A stretch of 64,000 nt of DNA from Styela clava (taxonomy: Eukaryota). The notes under the pieces are model-generated. The model saw nothing but the letters and a program-made list of their open reading frames with translations, was not told the DNA's origin and made no database searches. Shown piece after piece: positions 37,995-51,254 of this stretch. The stretch spans positions 4,712,001 to 4,776,000 of the forward strand of contig NC_135262.1 in NCBI RefSeq assembly GCF_964204865.1, given 5' to 3'. A program made the position numbers and the translations under genes. The first letter of the stretch is position 1. Each line of letters opens with the position of its first letter.

Positions 37995-39611
37995 TCAATA
38001 CAGTGGGATTTTTACTGCAATCGAGGCAGCGGACATAATTTCCATATCAGTCAAATCAGTCACTTTCTCCCATTGATTTTCATCAAGATCGTACTTTTCA
38101 ATAGAATAAGATCCAAATATATTTCCAACAGCAAACAAGTTGTTGTTGACAACACAAAGACTGAAATGAAATCTTGGAACTGTCATCGAAGTCACATTTG
38201 TCCAAGTATTATCATCTGGATTGAAGAATTCAGTACTTGATAGACTGGACCCATTCCACCCACCAGCAATATAAATTCGATCATCATATACGGCTGCAGC
38301 TGGAGTTCTTCTGCCAACATTCATTGGTTTCACAGATGACCAAGACCCTACAGATGGAGAATATTTATCAACTTTTCTAGTTGCATTATAGCCTCCAATA
38401 AAATAAATCTCATCTCTAAATGTAACTAATGCTCTTCCATTGGGTGCGATACTAGAACACTCAACATTCCCCCACTTCTTTTCAGTGTTGTCATATCGCT
38501 CCATTGTGTTATTCCCACAAACATAAATGAAGTTGTTATGAACTGCAGCTCTGATGAGTTGTCCATGATCATTCATCATACTCTCCATCTCATACCAACT
38601 TGATTCGGCTTCCCATACATTAACACGATAAACCTTTTTTCCTGGCAGAAGAACAAAAATAAATTTCTTTAAACAAACTGCAGTGTACTTGCATTTTGGC
38701 AGAAAATCAATGAGGTATTTCAACTGAGTCAATTTTCTGTTAATAGGTTGGTACAAGTTCAAATGTGTGGTGTTCGTAAAAAAAAGCAATATGCCTTTCT
38801 CGGTGAGGGTAGAATGTGAGGGAATGTTTGCATCCCTGTCTTTACCAGGTGATTTATCGGCCAAGTACAATAATTTCATGAACTCTGCAGAACTTGAGCA
38901 AAGGGAATCATTTCTTGCTAAATGAGAACCAAAACTAGCCGAAATTTCACTAATATCCAATTTCTTCACCATTTGCACAAAATCTTCAGCTCGTGTCTCT
39001 ACGTCAAATTTGATCCATTGTAGCAGAGTCTTGAGTTTTGAATCTTCCAAATATGATGACATATCATGAGTCAGCAAAAACTCAATATAATTTTTATCAA
39101 GCTGATTGAATTCTACTTCTTTTGCTATGGATCCAAGATGGCCAACAGCATATTCATCACATGATTGTTCTAAACCCTTTAGATTGAACTTTACAGCGAG
39201 TTGTCGGATAACGAAGAATGATTTTGGTCCCAAACTCGCTTTGAGAAATTTTGTGATTTTCTCGCAAAATCTTGACAATTGCATGATATTTGCAACATGC
39301 AGTAGTTGTTCACATTTCTCCAAAGTAATTGAAGCATTTCCAGTGTAAATGTAATCAATGCAAACTTTCACAGAATCAACATCGACTTCCTTCATATCAA
39401 CAATTCCTGTGTTGCTTTCCAAATTATCATGAGACAACATCGCATCAAAATAATCAGAACCAGCTGACATTACATTCCTATGAACTGGGAATTCTTCGTT
39501 TCCAACTTTGATTGTAAAATCAGAAAGTCGCTTTTCTTTCCTCATATCATCAAGCTTTTTCATCATCAAATTGTTGTGTTCATTATCTTGAATGCCAAAA
39601 TCAGCAGCCAT
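37995..39611 (-). CDS. BTB-BACK-Kelch protein, copy A6, intact (538 aa)
   Basis: Full ORF from MAADFG to KIPLY with BTB, BACK and Kelch motifs. Confidence 0.93.
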   Translation of the reverse strand: MAADFGIQDNEHNNLMMKKLDDMRKEKRLSDFTIKVGNEEFPVHRNVMSAGSDYFDAMLSHDNLESNTGIVDMKEVDVDSVKVCIDYIYTGNASITLEKCEQLLHVANIMQLSRFCEKITKFLKASLGPKSFFVIRQLAVKFNLKGLEQSCDEYAVGHLGSIAKEVEFNQLDKNYIEFLLTHDMSSYLEDSKLKTLLQWIKFDVETRAEDFVQMVKKLDISEISASFGSHLARNDSLCSSSAEFMKLLYLADKSPGKDRDANIPSHSTLTEKGILLFFTNTTHLNLYQPINRKLTQLKYLIDFLPKCKYTAVCLKKFIFVLLPGKKVYRVNVWEAESSWYEMESMMNDHGQLIRAAVHNNFIYVCGNNTMERYDNTEKKWGNVECSSIAPNGRALVTFRDEIYFIGGYNATRKVDKYSPSVGSWSSVKPMNVGRRTPAAAVYDDRIYIAGGWNGSSLSSTEFFNPDDNTWTNVTSMTVPRFHFSLCVVNNNLFAVGNIFGSYSIEKYDLDENQWEKVTDLTDMEIMSAASIAVKIPLY

Positions 39612-42600
39612 GTTGAATTAGTGACAGGAAGCAAGAGTGATAAATATAATATTTTTTACCTGTAAAAAATCAAATATTGATCAAATATTTTTGTGCTTAT
39701 GTCCACTGAATTAATATATTTTTCTATTTCATAAACCCTTGAGAGCAAATTGGAAGAATAAACAACACAAAAAATAATTTTTCATGAAATTAAGGAAAGT
39801 AAGGAATAATGTTGTTTGTGAAGCCAATATTAGAAGTCGCATGACAATAAAAAAGCCTCAGGACTCACTGGCCGATGTTTTATAACATCGAATGATTCAA
39901 AACCAAACCTTGTTTGAAAATCATAATGATTCAATCGATACTTGATTGAAGACTCAAAAAATATGGTCAGGCCCTATGGCTAGTTGTATAATTTATTCTG
40001 TTCCAGCGCCTCGCTTTGTTGTCACGCGCTAAATATCTAGGGTTGAATTTAGGCCAGTTCGATTCCCACATAAATTAGGCTATTAATATAAAATGTTCAT
40101 TAAAAGCACAACTCACAAAGTATAGAAAGCAGCAGTATATATGTAACAGACTCTTATGAATATTACAAAATAAGAATGCTACTACGAAAACAGTATACCC
40201 TTTGAATACAGTCAAATATTTTTGGGTTATGACATACAGTACATATAATCCTCTCGTAGTCCTTTTTCTACAAAAGATCTTTCACAATATAGCATGATGA
40301 AATGCTTTTTTAACCTAACACGGTGATCTGTATCTAGCATACTTAATGTGACAAGCTAATCCAAGAAGGCATAACTGTTTCAGGAAAATAAGTGTCATTG
40401 AACAAACAAACAAAGGTATGTTAATTACTGTGAATGCTCTTCCTGTAACCATGATTTTTTAAAAGTGTCTACATACAAAAGCTGGTTGGACAATCAGGGG
40501 CTATAATGTTTCCCCGTTAATGTTTATAATAGAACATGCATAGGTGGATGAACATGAATGGTTAGGAGTGCGTAATACATTTAAAAACATCGATTAAATT
40601 TTAGCATTAAATTTTAATCACAGATTGTAAAAAAATTAAAACTGACGATACTGCAATATCACCATGCAATCTAATGGGCCACTGTCTGCAAATTGTAAAC
40701 TTTCTAAATTTAAATTTCGGCCCTAGCGTCGTGCATGACAGTCAAAACCATCAACCCAGACAAGTGCCTACATTATCTATATAATTTGTGATGTAACAAT
40801 GTGATCAAATCTGTTCTTTGGTGAATGACATTTTTTATTTCATGTTCGCCACGTTTGCATTGTTTTCTGCAATTGATTATTTTATAAATTGATTTATTAG
40901 ATTATAGAAACCCAGATGTACATCCTTTGTATACTGTTTATCAGTAGTATACCCTACCTGGGTTTGAAAAACACTGCTACAGAAACAATGAAATTACTAA
41001 ATCAGAGAATTCAATGAAAGTTGGCTGTATTTGAACACCTCAAGACAATTTCAAATTAGACACAAGAATCAGAAATAACAACTCAATAAAGTGACTGATA
41101 ATGACATTATTCAATTTAGTAAATACAAACTATCATATTGGAATGGAAAGATTCATGAAAACATTCCAAATTAAAACTATTCCCAAAGCATTGAAATCTA
41201 TGTAATTTTGTCAATCTTTCCGATATAAGTTTACAATGAGTCCTAATAATTTTTTTAATATTTTGTCATTACCGGTAATATTAATGTTTAGTTTGATACT
41301 GCAGATTGTCTTCGATTGCCAATATCCACATCATGAAGATGGAGTCGCTCAATATTTCTTTAATATTCAAACACTATTTCAATAGGTTAGCAGTATTTTA
41401 ATATCTGTAATAGACAATATACAATGCATTTATATAAGATTATAATTCATTTGTTAGAATACCCGAAATCACAGCAAAAAATACAAGGCTTTTCTAATTA
41501 TGAAATGAACTTTACTTTTATCAGACACATAAATACAATGATGGAGAGCAAGTATATCTTAGGTTCAATCCCACACTATGATAAAATTGGACAATACAAA
41601 ACTTGGAAGATCCAGTAGTAATAATGTAGCAGATCATTATTAATCAAAGAGCCTTGTTCTGTGTTAAGATGTTAATGTACCTCATTTTTACATGGAAGCA
41701 AAAAGGTAAAATTCAAGTCATGGAATAAAATTTGAACTCATACTTAGAAGATCATCAAATAACTTAATAATCACCATTCACCTTAATCAGTCACATATAT
41801 ATATATATACAATGTTGTCGGGATCAAAGCCATGCCCACCACTCCGAACATGATATAATAATATTGGACAATACCAAACCCGGAAAGATTTTGTACTACA
41901 AGGGTAAGTAGATCATTATTACTCATTGGGTTCTTGGCTGGACCCTTGTTCTGAGCTAAGATATAAAAGCACCTGATAAAAAGTTAAAATTCAACTTTTG
42001 TAATAAAATTAAAACTTGTATTAGGGACTTCAGGAGAATATCAACTCATCTAGTAATCATTATTGTGTGCATAGAATTTTTGGGCATGGATATTAATAAA
42101 AAACAAACACCAGAAATACAAATAAAAGAAGAACATGTTCCAGCTATTTCCCTGACAGTGTAAATTTGAATCATTTCAGGTCTTGTGTCAACCCCTATTC
42201 ATTGACCTATCTGCAGAAAAGAGAAATTTGTATATATCTGTCAGTAGTTGCTTACAACTATCTTGTGTTAATACTCATTCAACACACCATAAAGAGGTTG
42301 GGATTTTGCTTTGATTAAATATAAAAAGGTATATAACCATCATGTATACTATTATCATTTATTTATAAACTGTCTTCGAATGATCATACAATATAATATC
42401 CGAATAACAATTTACCATAAAAAGGGAATGTTACTGATTGGAAACCATGCCTGTTAATATCACCATTCATCAAAAAATATATTTCATTTAAAAACAACGG
42501 CAGAAAATTTTGGATTAAAAATGAAAAACAACAAAAATAGCACATTAGTAAAAGTTAAGTTGCATAAACAAGTCTGACTGATAAACTGAATATATTCCAC

Positions 42601-42638
42601 AAACTGCAAAAAAAAGTTATTCCTAATAACGATTACAG

Positions 42639-44263
42639 TCAATACAGTGGGATTTTTGCTGCAATCGAGGCTGCGGACACAATTTCCATATCAGTTAAAT
42701 CAGTCACCTTTTCCCATTGATTTCTATCAGGATCATACTTTTCAATAGAATAAGGCCCAGATATATGTCCAACAGCAAACAAGTTCTTATTAACAATACA
42801 AAGGCTGAAATCAACTCTTGGAATTGTCATCGAGGTCATATTTGTCCAAGTATTACATTCTGAATCATAGAATTCAGTACTTGATGTGGGGGTGTTAGTT
42901 TTGATACAAAACCCACCAGCAACATAGACTCGATTACCATATACGGCTGCAGCAGGAGCCCATCTGGCAACAGTCACTGGTTTCACAGATGACCAAGATC
43001 CTCCAGATGGAGAATATTTATAAACTTTTTCACATCTATTACCGCCTGCAATAACATAAATCTCATCTTTAAATGTAACGAATGCACTTCCATTGGGTTT
43101 GATATCAGAACAATCAACAATATTCCACTTGTTATCATTGTTATTGTATCGCTCCATTGTGCCATTTCCACAAACGAAATGAAGCTGTTGTGAACTGCAG
43201 CTCTGATATATTCACCATGATCATTCATCATACTCTCCATCTCAGTCCAAGTTGATTCAGTTTCCCATGCATTGATACGATAAACCATTCTGCTAGGCAA
43301 AAGAACAAACACAAATTTCTTGAAAAAAACTGCAGTATATTTGGCACCCAGCATGTTCCCATTAAGTTGTTTCAAATTATTGAATGTTTCCTCGATTGGA
43401 CAATACACTTGAACAGCTTTAGAATTATTATCAAAAAGCAAAACACCTTCATCAGAAATAGGAGAAGACAGAGATACATTTACTTCTTCATCTTTATTAA
43501 GTGATTTATTAGAAAAGTATAATAATTTCATGAATACTGCAGAACCTGAGCAAAATGAATCATTTCTGGCTAAATATAGACCATAACTGGTAGAAACTTT
43601 GTCAATATTGAGCTTTTTAACCATTTCTATAAAATGCTCAGCTCGAAACTCAATATCAGCTTTTATCCACTGTAAAAGAACTTTCAGTTTAGAATCTTCG
43701 GAATATGATGACCTTTTGTAGGTGATGAAAAACATAACATAATCTTTATCAAGTTGGTGGAATTCCTCTTCTTTTGCTATTGATCCAAGATGCCCCACAG
43801 CATATTTATCACACGAGTCCTCTAAATCCTTCAAATTAAACTTAACTGCGATATGTCGGATGATGAAGAAAGATTTAGGACCTAAATTTGATTTGAGAAA
43901 TTCAGATATCTTTTCACAAAATCTTGACAATTGCATGATATTTGCAACATGGAGTAGTTGTTCACTTTTCTCCAAAGTAATAGAAGCGTTTCCAGTGTAA
44001 ATGTAACCAATGCAAACTTTCACAGAATCGACATCGACCTCCTTCATATCAACAATTCCTGTATTGCTCTCCAAATTATCATGAGACAACATTGCATTGA
44101 AATAATCTGAACCGGCTGACATTACATTCTTGTGAACTGGAAATTCTTTGTTTCCAACTTTGATTGTAAAATCAGAAAGTCGCTTTTCTTTTCGCATATC
44201 ATCAAGCTTTTGCATCCTCAAGTTATTGTGTTCATTATCTTGAATGCCAAAATTAGCAGCCAT
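42639..44263 (-). pseudogene. BTB-BACK-Kelch copy A7, single 1-nt frameshift near 43176
   Basis: caaacgaaatgaag here versus caaacataaatgaag in paralogs. ORFs 42983-44263 and 42639-43157 together cover the full protein. Confidence 0.82.
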
Positions 44264-45559
44264 ATTGAATTAGTTACAGTAGACAAGTGTGATAAATATA
44301 ATATTTCTTAGCTGTAATAAATTGAATGTTGATAACAAAGTAAATATTTTTGTGCTTGTTCACTAAATTAATATATTCCTCTCATTTTCATACACCCAAG
44401 ATACAAATTGAAATAATGACTGAAATTAATAATTTTCGAAATCAAATACCTTGTGAACAATAAAAACAATCAAACACAAGACCTGCAATTGCCAGAAAAA
44501 TGATACCTGGGCTATAAACCTAAGGATGACCTACATGTCGCTACTATTTGAAAAACGTCATACTTGGCTTATTCACATATTTGCCTAAATGGCAAACGAT
44601 GTCTCTAATGACTAAACTGATAAACACGGTAGTCAAATATCAAGCATCACATATGAATTATTATTTTACAATGTTACTAAAAACAAGCCTGAAATATAAT
44701 GAAGCAAAATGAGTAACTTGAGCTTGAGTCTCAGGCCCCAGAGGTCCATGTCATCACTTATATATGGTAGGTCTTTTAAATCATTTTCAGGTTGGCGATT
44801 TCTTTCAAATATTCCTTGTCATGGCCTAACACAGACTTAGCTTATTATAAACAAAAAGTCAATTCCATTTTGTACGAATGAGGCTTCAAATAAAAATAAG
44901 CTGAATAATATCAGACAAAAGAGAGTCACCACGATTGTTTACACAACATAGTTCCAAACAATACATCGCTATTTCGTTGCTGTCAGAAACGCTTTTTGTT
45001 ACTCATGGAATACGAAAGATTTTATATTCAAGCACAAAACTGATACTGAATCAAATATGAAAAATAAAAGTTGAATAAACTTTTTTCTTCACATATCAAA
45101 GAGTCTAATAAAGGGGTTCTCAAACAGAGAGGCGCGCCCTACATGGGGGGCGTAGACAATTTTCTGAGTGGGCGTGAAGCTGATTGAAATTGAAATTTTT
45201 TGTTATATTTGATCTTGACTGCCTTATTTTGTATATTTACTTTTTTTTATTGTTTAAAAATTGCAGAGAGCTGTTGTGCTTGTATCCTTGTTATTTGTTC
45301 CACTTATGTATTTTCAAGATGTTTTTTCAACAAAACATACTTTTGCCTTAAAAACCGTTATTTGTGGCAGGTTAACAGTATTTTAATATCTGTAATAGAC
45401 AATATACAATGCATTTATAAAAGATCATAATTTATTTGTTAGAATACATGAATTTGCAACAGAAAAATACAAAGTGTTACTACATGAACTAAACTTTAAC
45501 TTTAATCAGTCACATAAATACAATGTTGTCAGGTTCAAAGCCATGCCCGCCATTTCAAC

Positions 45560-45770
45560 CAAGTCAAGTCAAGTTTATTTTTTCCAACCAGTAAAAAGAG
45601 TAAGTTTTACACAAAAAATACGAAGAGAAAAGATAATCACACAATTTGACTGGGGAAGGGAAGCCGCGAAGAATCAAAGGTGTTCATCGAGCAGCGACAC
45701 CCAAGGATCTAATATCTAATTAAAAAGATCGAGAAGCTCAGTTTGTCGAGAGTATAGCTTTTTTACTGTA
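45560..45770 (-). mobile_element. 5'-truncated CR1/L2-type LINE 3' end
   Basis: Minus strand ends AATAAA(CTTGA)n and shares the CATCGAGCAGCGACACC stem-loop motif with LINE-b. Confidence 0.6.
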
Positions 45771-45830
45771 TACTATTATGATATAATAAAATTAAACAAT
45801 AACAAAATTGAAAGATCTTGTACTACTAAG

Positions 45831-48105
45831 CAGGGATGGCCAATACCGAATAGTTCACTATTTCGAATACATTCGAAATTATTTTTTTCGAATATGAAAT
45901 TTCGAATACTTCGAAAATAAAATCCACTAATTGAAGCTTATCTAAATGTATGTAGGAATTTCCATACAATAAGCAATGGAATAACTGCTATCTACAAGTT
46001 ACAACCTAGCTATATTACCAGGCATTTCATATTTGCAGATATATATTTTATATACCATGAGTCATGTTAACAGAATTGAATTAATACGACAATAGTGGTA
46101 TCGATGATGGATTTGAATATTTGCGCAACACAAAATCACCCTAGTAAAACGGCCATACTTTTAAATACCAACCATTATCCAGATTATTTGTCGAAAAGCG
46201 GGATAAAGTATGAGGTATTTTTCCGACTTGTGACAATTTTTTCGTGAGTACGAAAATACGAATCAAAACTTAATTATATTTGGGAACTTTACCACACATT
46301 TTAAGTCCGCAGATCGCCGTTGTATGTTTCAGTAATAATACTTTTATTATTTTATAAATATGAAAATAGGAATCAAAAACTATTTATAATCGGGTAGTTT
46401 ACCACACATTGTAAGTCCACAGATCGCCGTTGTATTTTGTAAATACGAAAATAGGAATCAAAAATTAATATTAATCGCGAGTTTGCCACACAATTTATGT
46501 CCACAGATTGCCGTGATATTGTGCCGAATATAATTAGTTTTGATTCTTATTTTCGTACTCACGAAAAAATTGTCACAAGTCGGAAAAAGAATTTATATTT
46601 TATCCCGCTCTTGGGAACTAATTTGTATAATGGTTGCCATTGGTTTGTATTTAAAAGTATGGACTTTTTACAAGGATGATTTTGTGCTGCGCAAAATATT
46701 CGAATCCATGACCGATACCACTACTTAAAATGCCTTACCGTGTTAATTTAATTCTATTATCATAACTCAAATGTTGGTAAATCGGGCAGTTTACCACACA
46801 TTTGAAGGCCACAGATCGCCGTTGCATTTTAGAATTATTAGTTTTATTATTTTGTAAACACGAATCCGAAATTAATTACAATTGGGCAGTTTACCACGTA
46901 TTTCATGTCCACAAATGCCAGTTGTATTTGGCATTAATACTTTCATTATTTTATCAATATGAAAATAGGAATCAATATATATAATAATTTCCGTCAGTTT
47001 ACTACACATTTTATGTCCACAGATAGTCGATACAACCATGAGTTACGTTGAACAGAATTAAATTAATACGGCATGACATTTTAAATGCTGGTACCAGTCA
47101 TGGATTGGATTATTTTGCGCAACAAAAAATCATCCTGGAAAGGATGAATACTTTTAACTATCGTTATCAGAATTATTTGCCTAAAATTATTTTCTAATAA
47201 ATCGACTTGTTTTTCCAACTTGTGACAATTTATTCGATATCGTAACAATTACGGCTATAATTACCGTATTTCCCGGCTAATAAGTCCACATGGCAAATAG
47301 GACGATGTCTATTTTTAGCACTCAAAAAAAGGGTTTTTCCATATAGGCCTCCAATAAGACGGGTAGAAAAATTCGCTAATAATTTTATATGTTTAGAACC
47401 AGATCATGTTAGTTTGGTAGAATCATACTCACAGAATTAACTATTTTTAACAATTGAGCGGTGGATTTAAGTTGTAAAGCGGCAATCATTTTGGACAACC
47501 TATTAACCCGAATGTTGAAATAATTTTGGAATGTGATAAGTACTACACTGTACGTCCACGGGTTATTTCACAGCTGTGTTTTCCTGTCCCTGTCGTGTTT
47601 TGCTGAATCGGCAAAACGAAAGGGTCACAAATCACTTTATCTTGGTGGCCGTGTTTCTCTTCAAAGTAACGATAACCAGCCTGCAATCAAATATCATGAT
47701 TGGCAGACCCTAAGACCCAAATATAAGGTTACACAAATCATGCTTGAGAAGACTCATGCGAATAATAAGCAGGCCACATAGAAATAAAAGAAACATACTT
47801 TCTCAATTTTTCGACGTAATGGAAATGAATTTGTAAATTAAAAGCCTCGTACACGAATGTCGGCAATGTCCACCCACGCAAACGTGCAAATGTGTCGCAA
47901 CACTATGCGACGTACGGTCGCACAGAATATAAACAATCAAAGTGCCGATTTAAAAAGTCGTTTAAAGATTCCCGTAAAACGAAGCACCACGTTTACGGCG
48001 AAAAGTGGCTACTATTCGGAATTATTCGAAAATCAGCCGAAAAGGTATTCGAATACCTTGATATTCGAATACATTCGAATATTCGATTCGTTTTGGACAA
48101 CCCTG
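45831..48105. mobile_element. Non-autonomous hAT-type DNA transposon (2.3 kb) with internal inverted and tandem repeats
   Basis: TIRs CAGGGATGGCCAA / TTGGACAACCCTG and a perfect 8-bp TSD CTACTAAG (45823-30, 48106-13). Empty paralogous site at about 33736; subterminal TTCGAATA motifs. Confidence 0.85.
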
Positions 48106-48964
48106 CTACTAAGGTAAGTAGATAGTTATTACTCATTGGGTTCTTGGCTGGAGCCTTGTTCTAAGCTAAGATATGAAAGCACCTCATGAAAAAGGCAGAC
48201 TGCAACTCACGGAAAAAAATCAAATGTACATATAATGTACATATAATTATTGTTGCTATATTTATATAGAAATAAAATATTAAACACTACGTCAGTAAAA
48301 ATATATTATAAAGTAAATTAATATTGATGAATTTTGAATGAAATCGGTTTTGTAGTTGCTTCATATAAGCATCGCACCATATATACAAATTTTAAGTACA
48401 CAAAGCCCATATTCCCAATTCAAGATATGAATGCTTTAGCAAGCTCTGCCGATTGTTAACTGATAATAAATTTTTGAGCAAAGGGTAATAAGATTTAAGC
48501 ACGTGCTATGAAAGGGTTTTCAATAACAATCTGTTTGTATAATTTCCTCTTCTAGCTGTTTCTCTGATATTTTGTTCCCCTGACAATCTGTATAAAGTTG
48601 TTTTATCAATGTCATCAATTATTTATCAACTGATTTAAATAATTATACAATATGATAACATCACTTGCTGCACACAATGAAACACAGCCAGTAAAACAGC
48701 ACACAATAAAAATGTATGTTTCATATAATTACAGTGAGAGGAAATTGAAATGAGAACAAACTAAAATATGAATAAACTTGATTAAATTACAAAAGCAAGT
48801 CCAACTGATTAAATGGAGAAATAATGGGAACTTCAAGCAGAAACTAATGTATATAAGCATATATGGTAGATAGTAAATAATATATGCATGCCTGTTGAAA
48901 CATTGAAATACGGTACCTTTTTCATACAAAACATCTACAGTCATACACAATTCATTAGAATTGT

Positions 48965-49172
48965 GGCGCTCCAGAAGTACCAATATGGAGGTAACTAATT
49001 TTGTTCGCCTATTCTACATCAAATCGTGTTAAGGGACTGAAACCTATGAGCCGGGGATATATTCACTTAGCTAACACAGACAGTATCTGAACTCGTAATA
49101 GAAATAAAATGAGGAAAATTGGAATAAAATTATGACCTAACCCTAACCTGATACACAAACTACAGGAGTACC
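48965..49172. mobile_element. MITE family M1 inserted at the last codons of A8
   Basis: GGCGCTCCAGAAG ... CTACAGGAGTACC abutting the Ile-Pro codons of A8. Confidence 0.75.
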
Positions 49173-50779
49173 GGAATTCTTATTGCAATCGAGGCAGTGG
49201 ACATAATCTCCATATCGGCCAAATCAGTCACTTTCTGCCACTGGCTTTTATCAAGATCGTACTTTTCAATAGAATAAGCGCCAGATGCATTTCCAACAGC
49301 AAACAAGTTGTTGTTAACAACACAAAGACTGAAAACAAATCTTGGAATTGTCATTGAAGTAAGATTTGTCCAAGTATTTTCATCTGGATTGAAGAATTCA
49401 GTACTAGATAGAACGGACCCATTCCACCCACCAGCAATATAGATTCGATCATCATATACAGCTGCAGCAGAAACTCGTCTGCCAACATTCATTGGTTTCA
49501 CAGATGACCAAGATCCTACAGATGGAGAATATTTATCAACTTCTGCATCCCTGTTACGACCTCCAATAACATAAATCTCATCTCTAAATGTAACTAATGT
49601 ACATTCAAAGGGTTCGATACTAGAACACTCAACATTCTCCCACTTGTTTTCATTGTTCTCGTATCGTTCCATTGTGTTCTCCCCACAAACATAAATGAAG
49701 TTGTTATGAACTGCAGCTCTAATATATTGTCCATGATCATTCATCATACTCTCCAGCTCAGTCCAACTCGATTCGGCTTCCCATACATTGACACCATAAA
49801 CCTTTCTGTTTAGCAGGAGAACAAAAACAAATTTCTTCAAATAAACTGCAGTGTATTTGCCATCTAGCATGTTCTCATTGAGTTGTTTCAACTTATTGAA
49901 TGTTTTGTCTATTGGGCAATACACTTGCAAAGCTTTGGATTTCTTATCAAAAAGCAAAACACCTCCATTATGAATAGGGGAAGACAAAGTAACAGTTACT
50001 TTTTCATCCTTTTCGGGTGATTTATTTGCCAAGTACAGTATTTTCATGAAATCTGCAAAACTTGAGCAAAACGAATCATTTCTGACTAAATATGACCCAT
50101 AACTGGTAGAAATTTTGCCCATGTTAAGCTTCTTCACCATTTCTATAAAATACTCAGTTCGAGACTCAGTATCAGCTTTGATCCACTGTAAGAGAACCGT
50201 CAGTTTAGAATCTTCTGAATATGATGACCACCTACAAGTGATCAAAAACACGACATAATCTTTATCAAGTTCGTTGAATTCTGCTTCTTTTGTTATAGAT
50301 CCAAGATGGATAATAGCAAATTCATCACATGATTCTTCTAAACCTTTCAAATTGAACTTTATTGCGAGTTGCCGAATGATGAAGAACGATTTAGGACCCA
50401 AGTTTGCTTTGAGAAATTCGGCGATTTTTTCACAAAATCTTGACAATTGCATGATATTTGCAACATGGAGTAGTTGTTCACATTTCTCCAAAGTAATTGA
50501 AGCATTTCCAGTGTAAATGTAATCAAATCAAACATTCACAGAATCGACATCGACTTCCTTCATATCAACAATTCCTGTGTTGCTTTCCAAATTATCATGA
50601 AACAACATCGCATCAAAATAATCAGAACCAGCTGACATTACATTCTTGTGAACTGGAAATTCTTTTTTTCCAACTTTGATTGTAAAATCAGAAAGTCGCT
50701 TTTCTTTCCTCATATCATCAAGCTTTTGCATCATCAAATTATTGTGTTCATTATCTTGAATGCCAAAATCAGCAGCCAT
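49160..50779 (-). pseudogene. BTB-BACK-Kelch copy A8, in-frame nonsense codon (TGC Cys to TGA at 50528-50530); the terminal stop is supplied by a MITE
   Basis: ORFs 50528-50875 and 49160-50491 are in the same frame. The paralogous ATG is at 50779. The C-terminus is IPVLL* rather than IPLY*. Confidence 0.85.
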
Positions 50780-51254
50780 GTTGAATTTATTACAATAAGC
50801 AAGTGTGATAAATATGATCTTTTTTCTGAAAATGAAATTTAACATTGCTGAAATATTTTTGCTTCTCATATTCACTAAATATAATATTTTTGTGTTTCGT
50901 ACAAAATTAAAGAATATAATAAATGAGTGTTTCGATAATAATTTTTCAAGATCAATTCGGAAACTATGAACAAATCACAACTAATTATCACAGATATAGC
51001 TTAGTATATACAAAAAAAAAAAGTCAACTCCATTTTGTACCATTAACATTTCTATCATCAGGATAAAAAAAAAATAGTTTATTATTAAATATATAAAAAA
51101 ATATGATATCGATCAATGAATTTGCTTTAAAAAAATTGATCCATATGTTTGTTACAACAAGAGTTGAGTTGAGTGTACATAGGAATGGTAAACCATAACC
51201 AGACAGTAACATGAACCAACCTAAGACAGTGAGAAGTCCAGCAACCCTCTCATA

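Noticed and set aside
50528-50530. In-frame TGA at a conserved Cys codon of A8 as possible selenocysteine
   Set aside because: It is part of a clustered mutation (AAA GTT TGC ATT to AAT GTT TGA TTT) in a single copy. No SECIS was recognised and BTB proteins are not known selenoproteins, so a nonsense mutation is simpler.
50780-50875. N-terminal extension MNMRSK... of A8
   Set aside because: It corresponds to the 5' UTR/acceptor region of the paralogs; the conserved start is the ATG at 50779.
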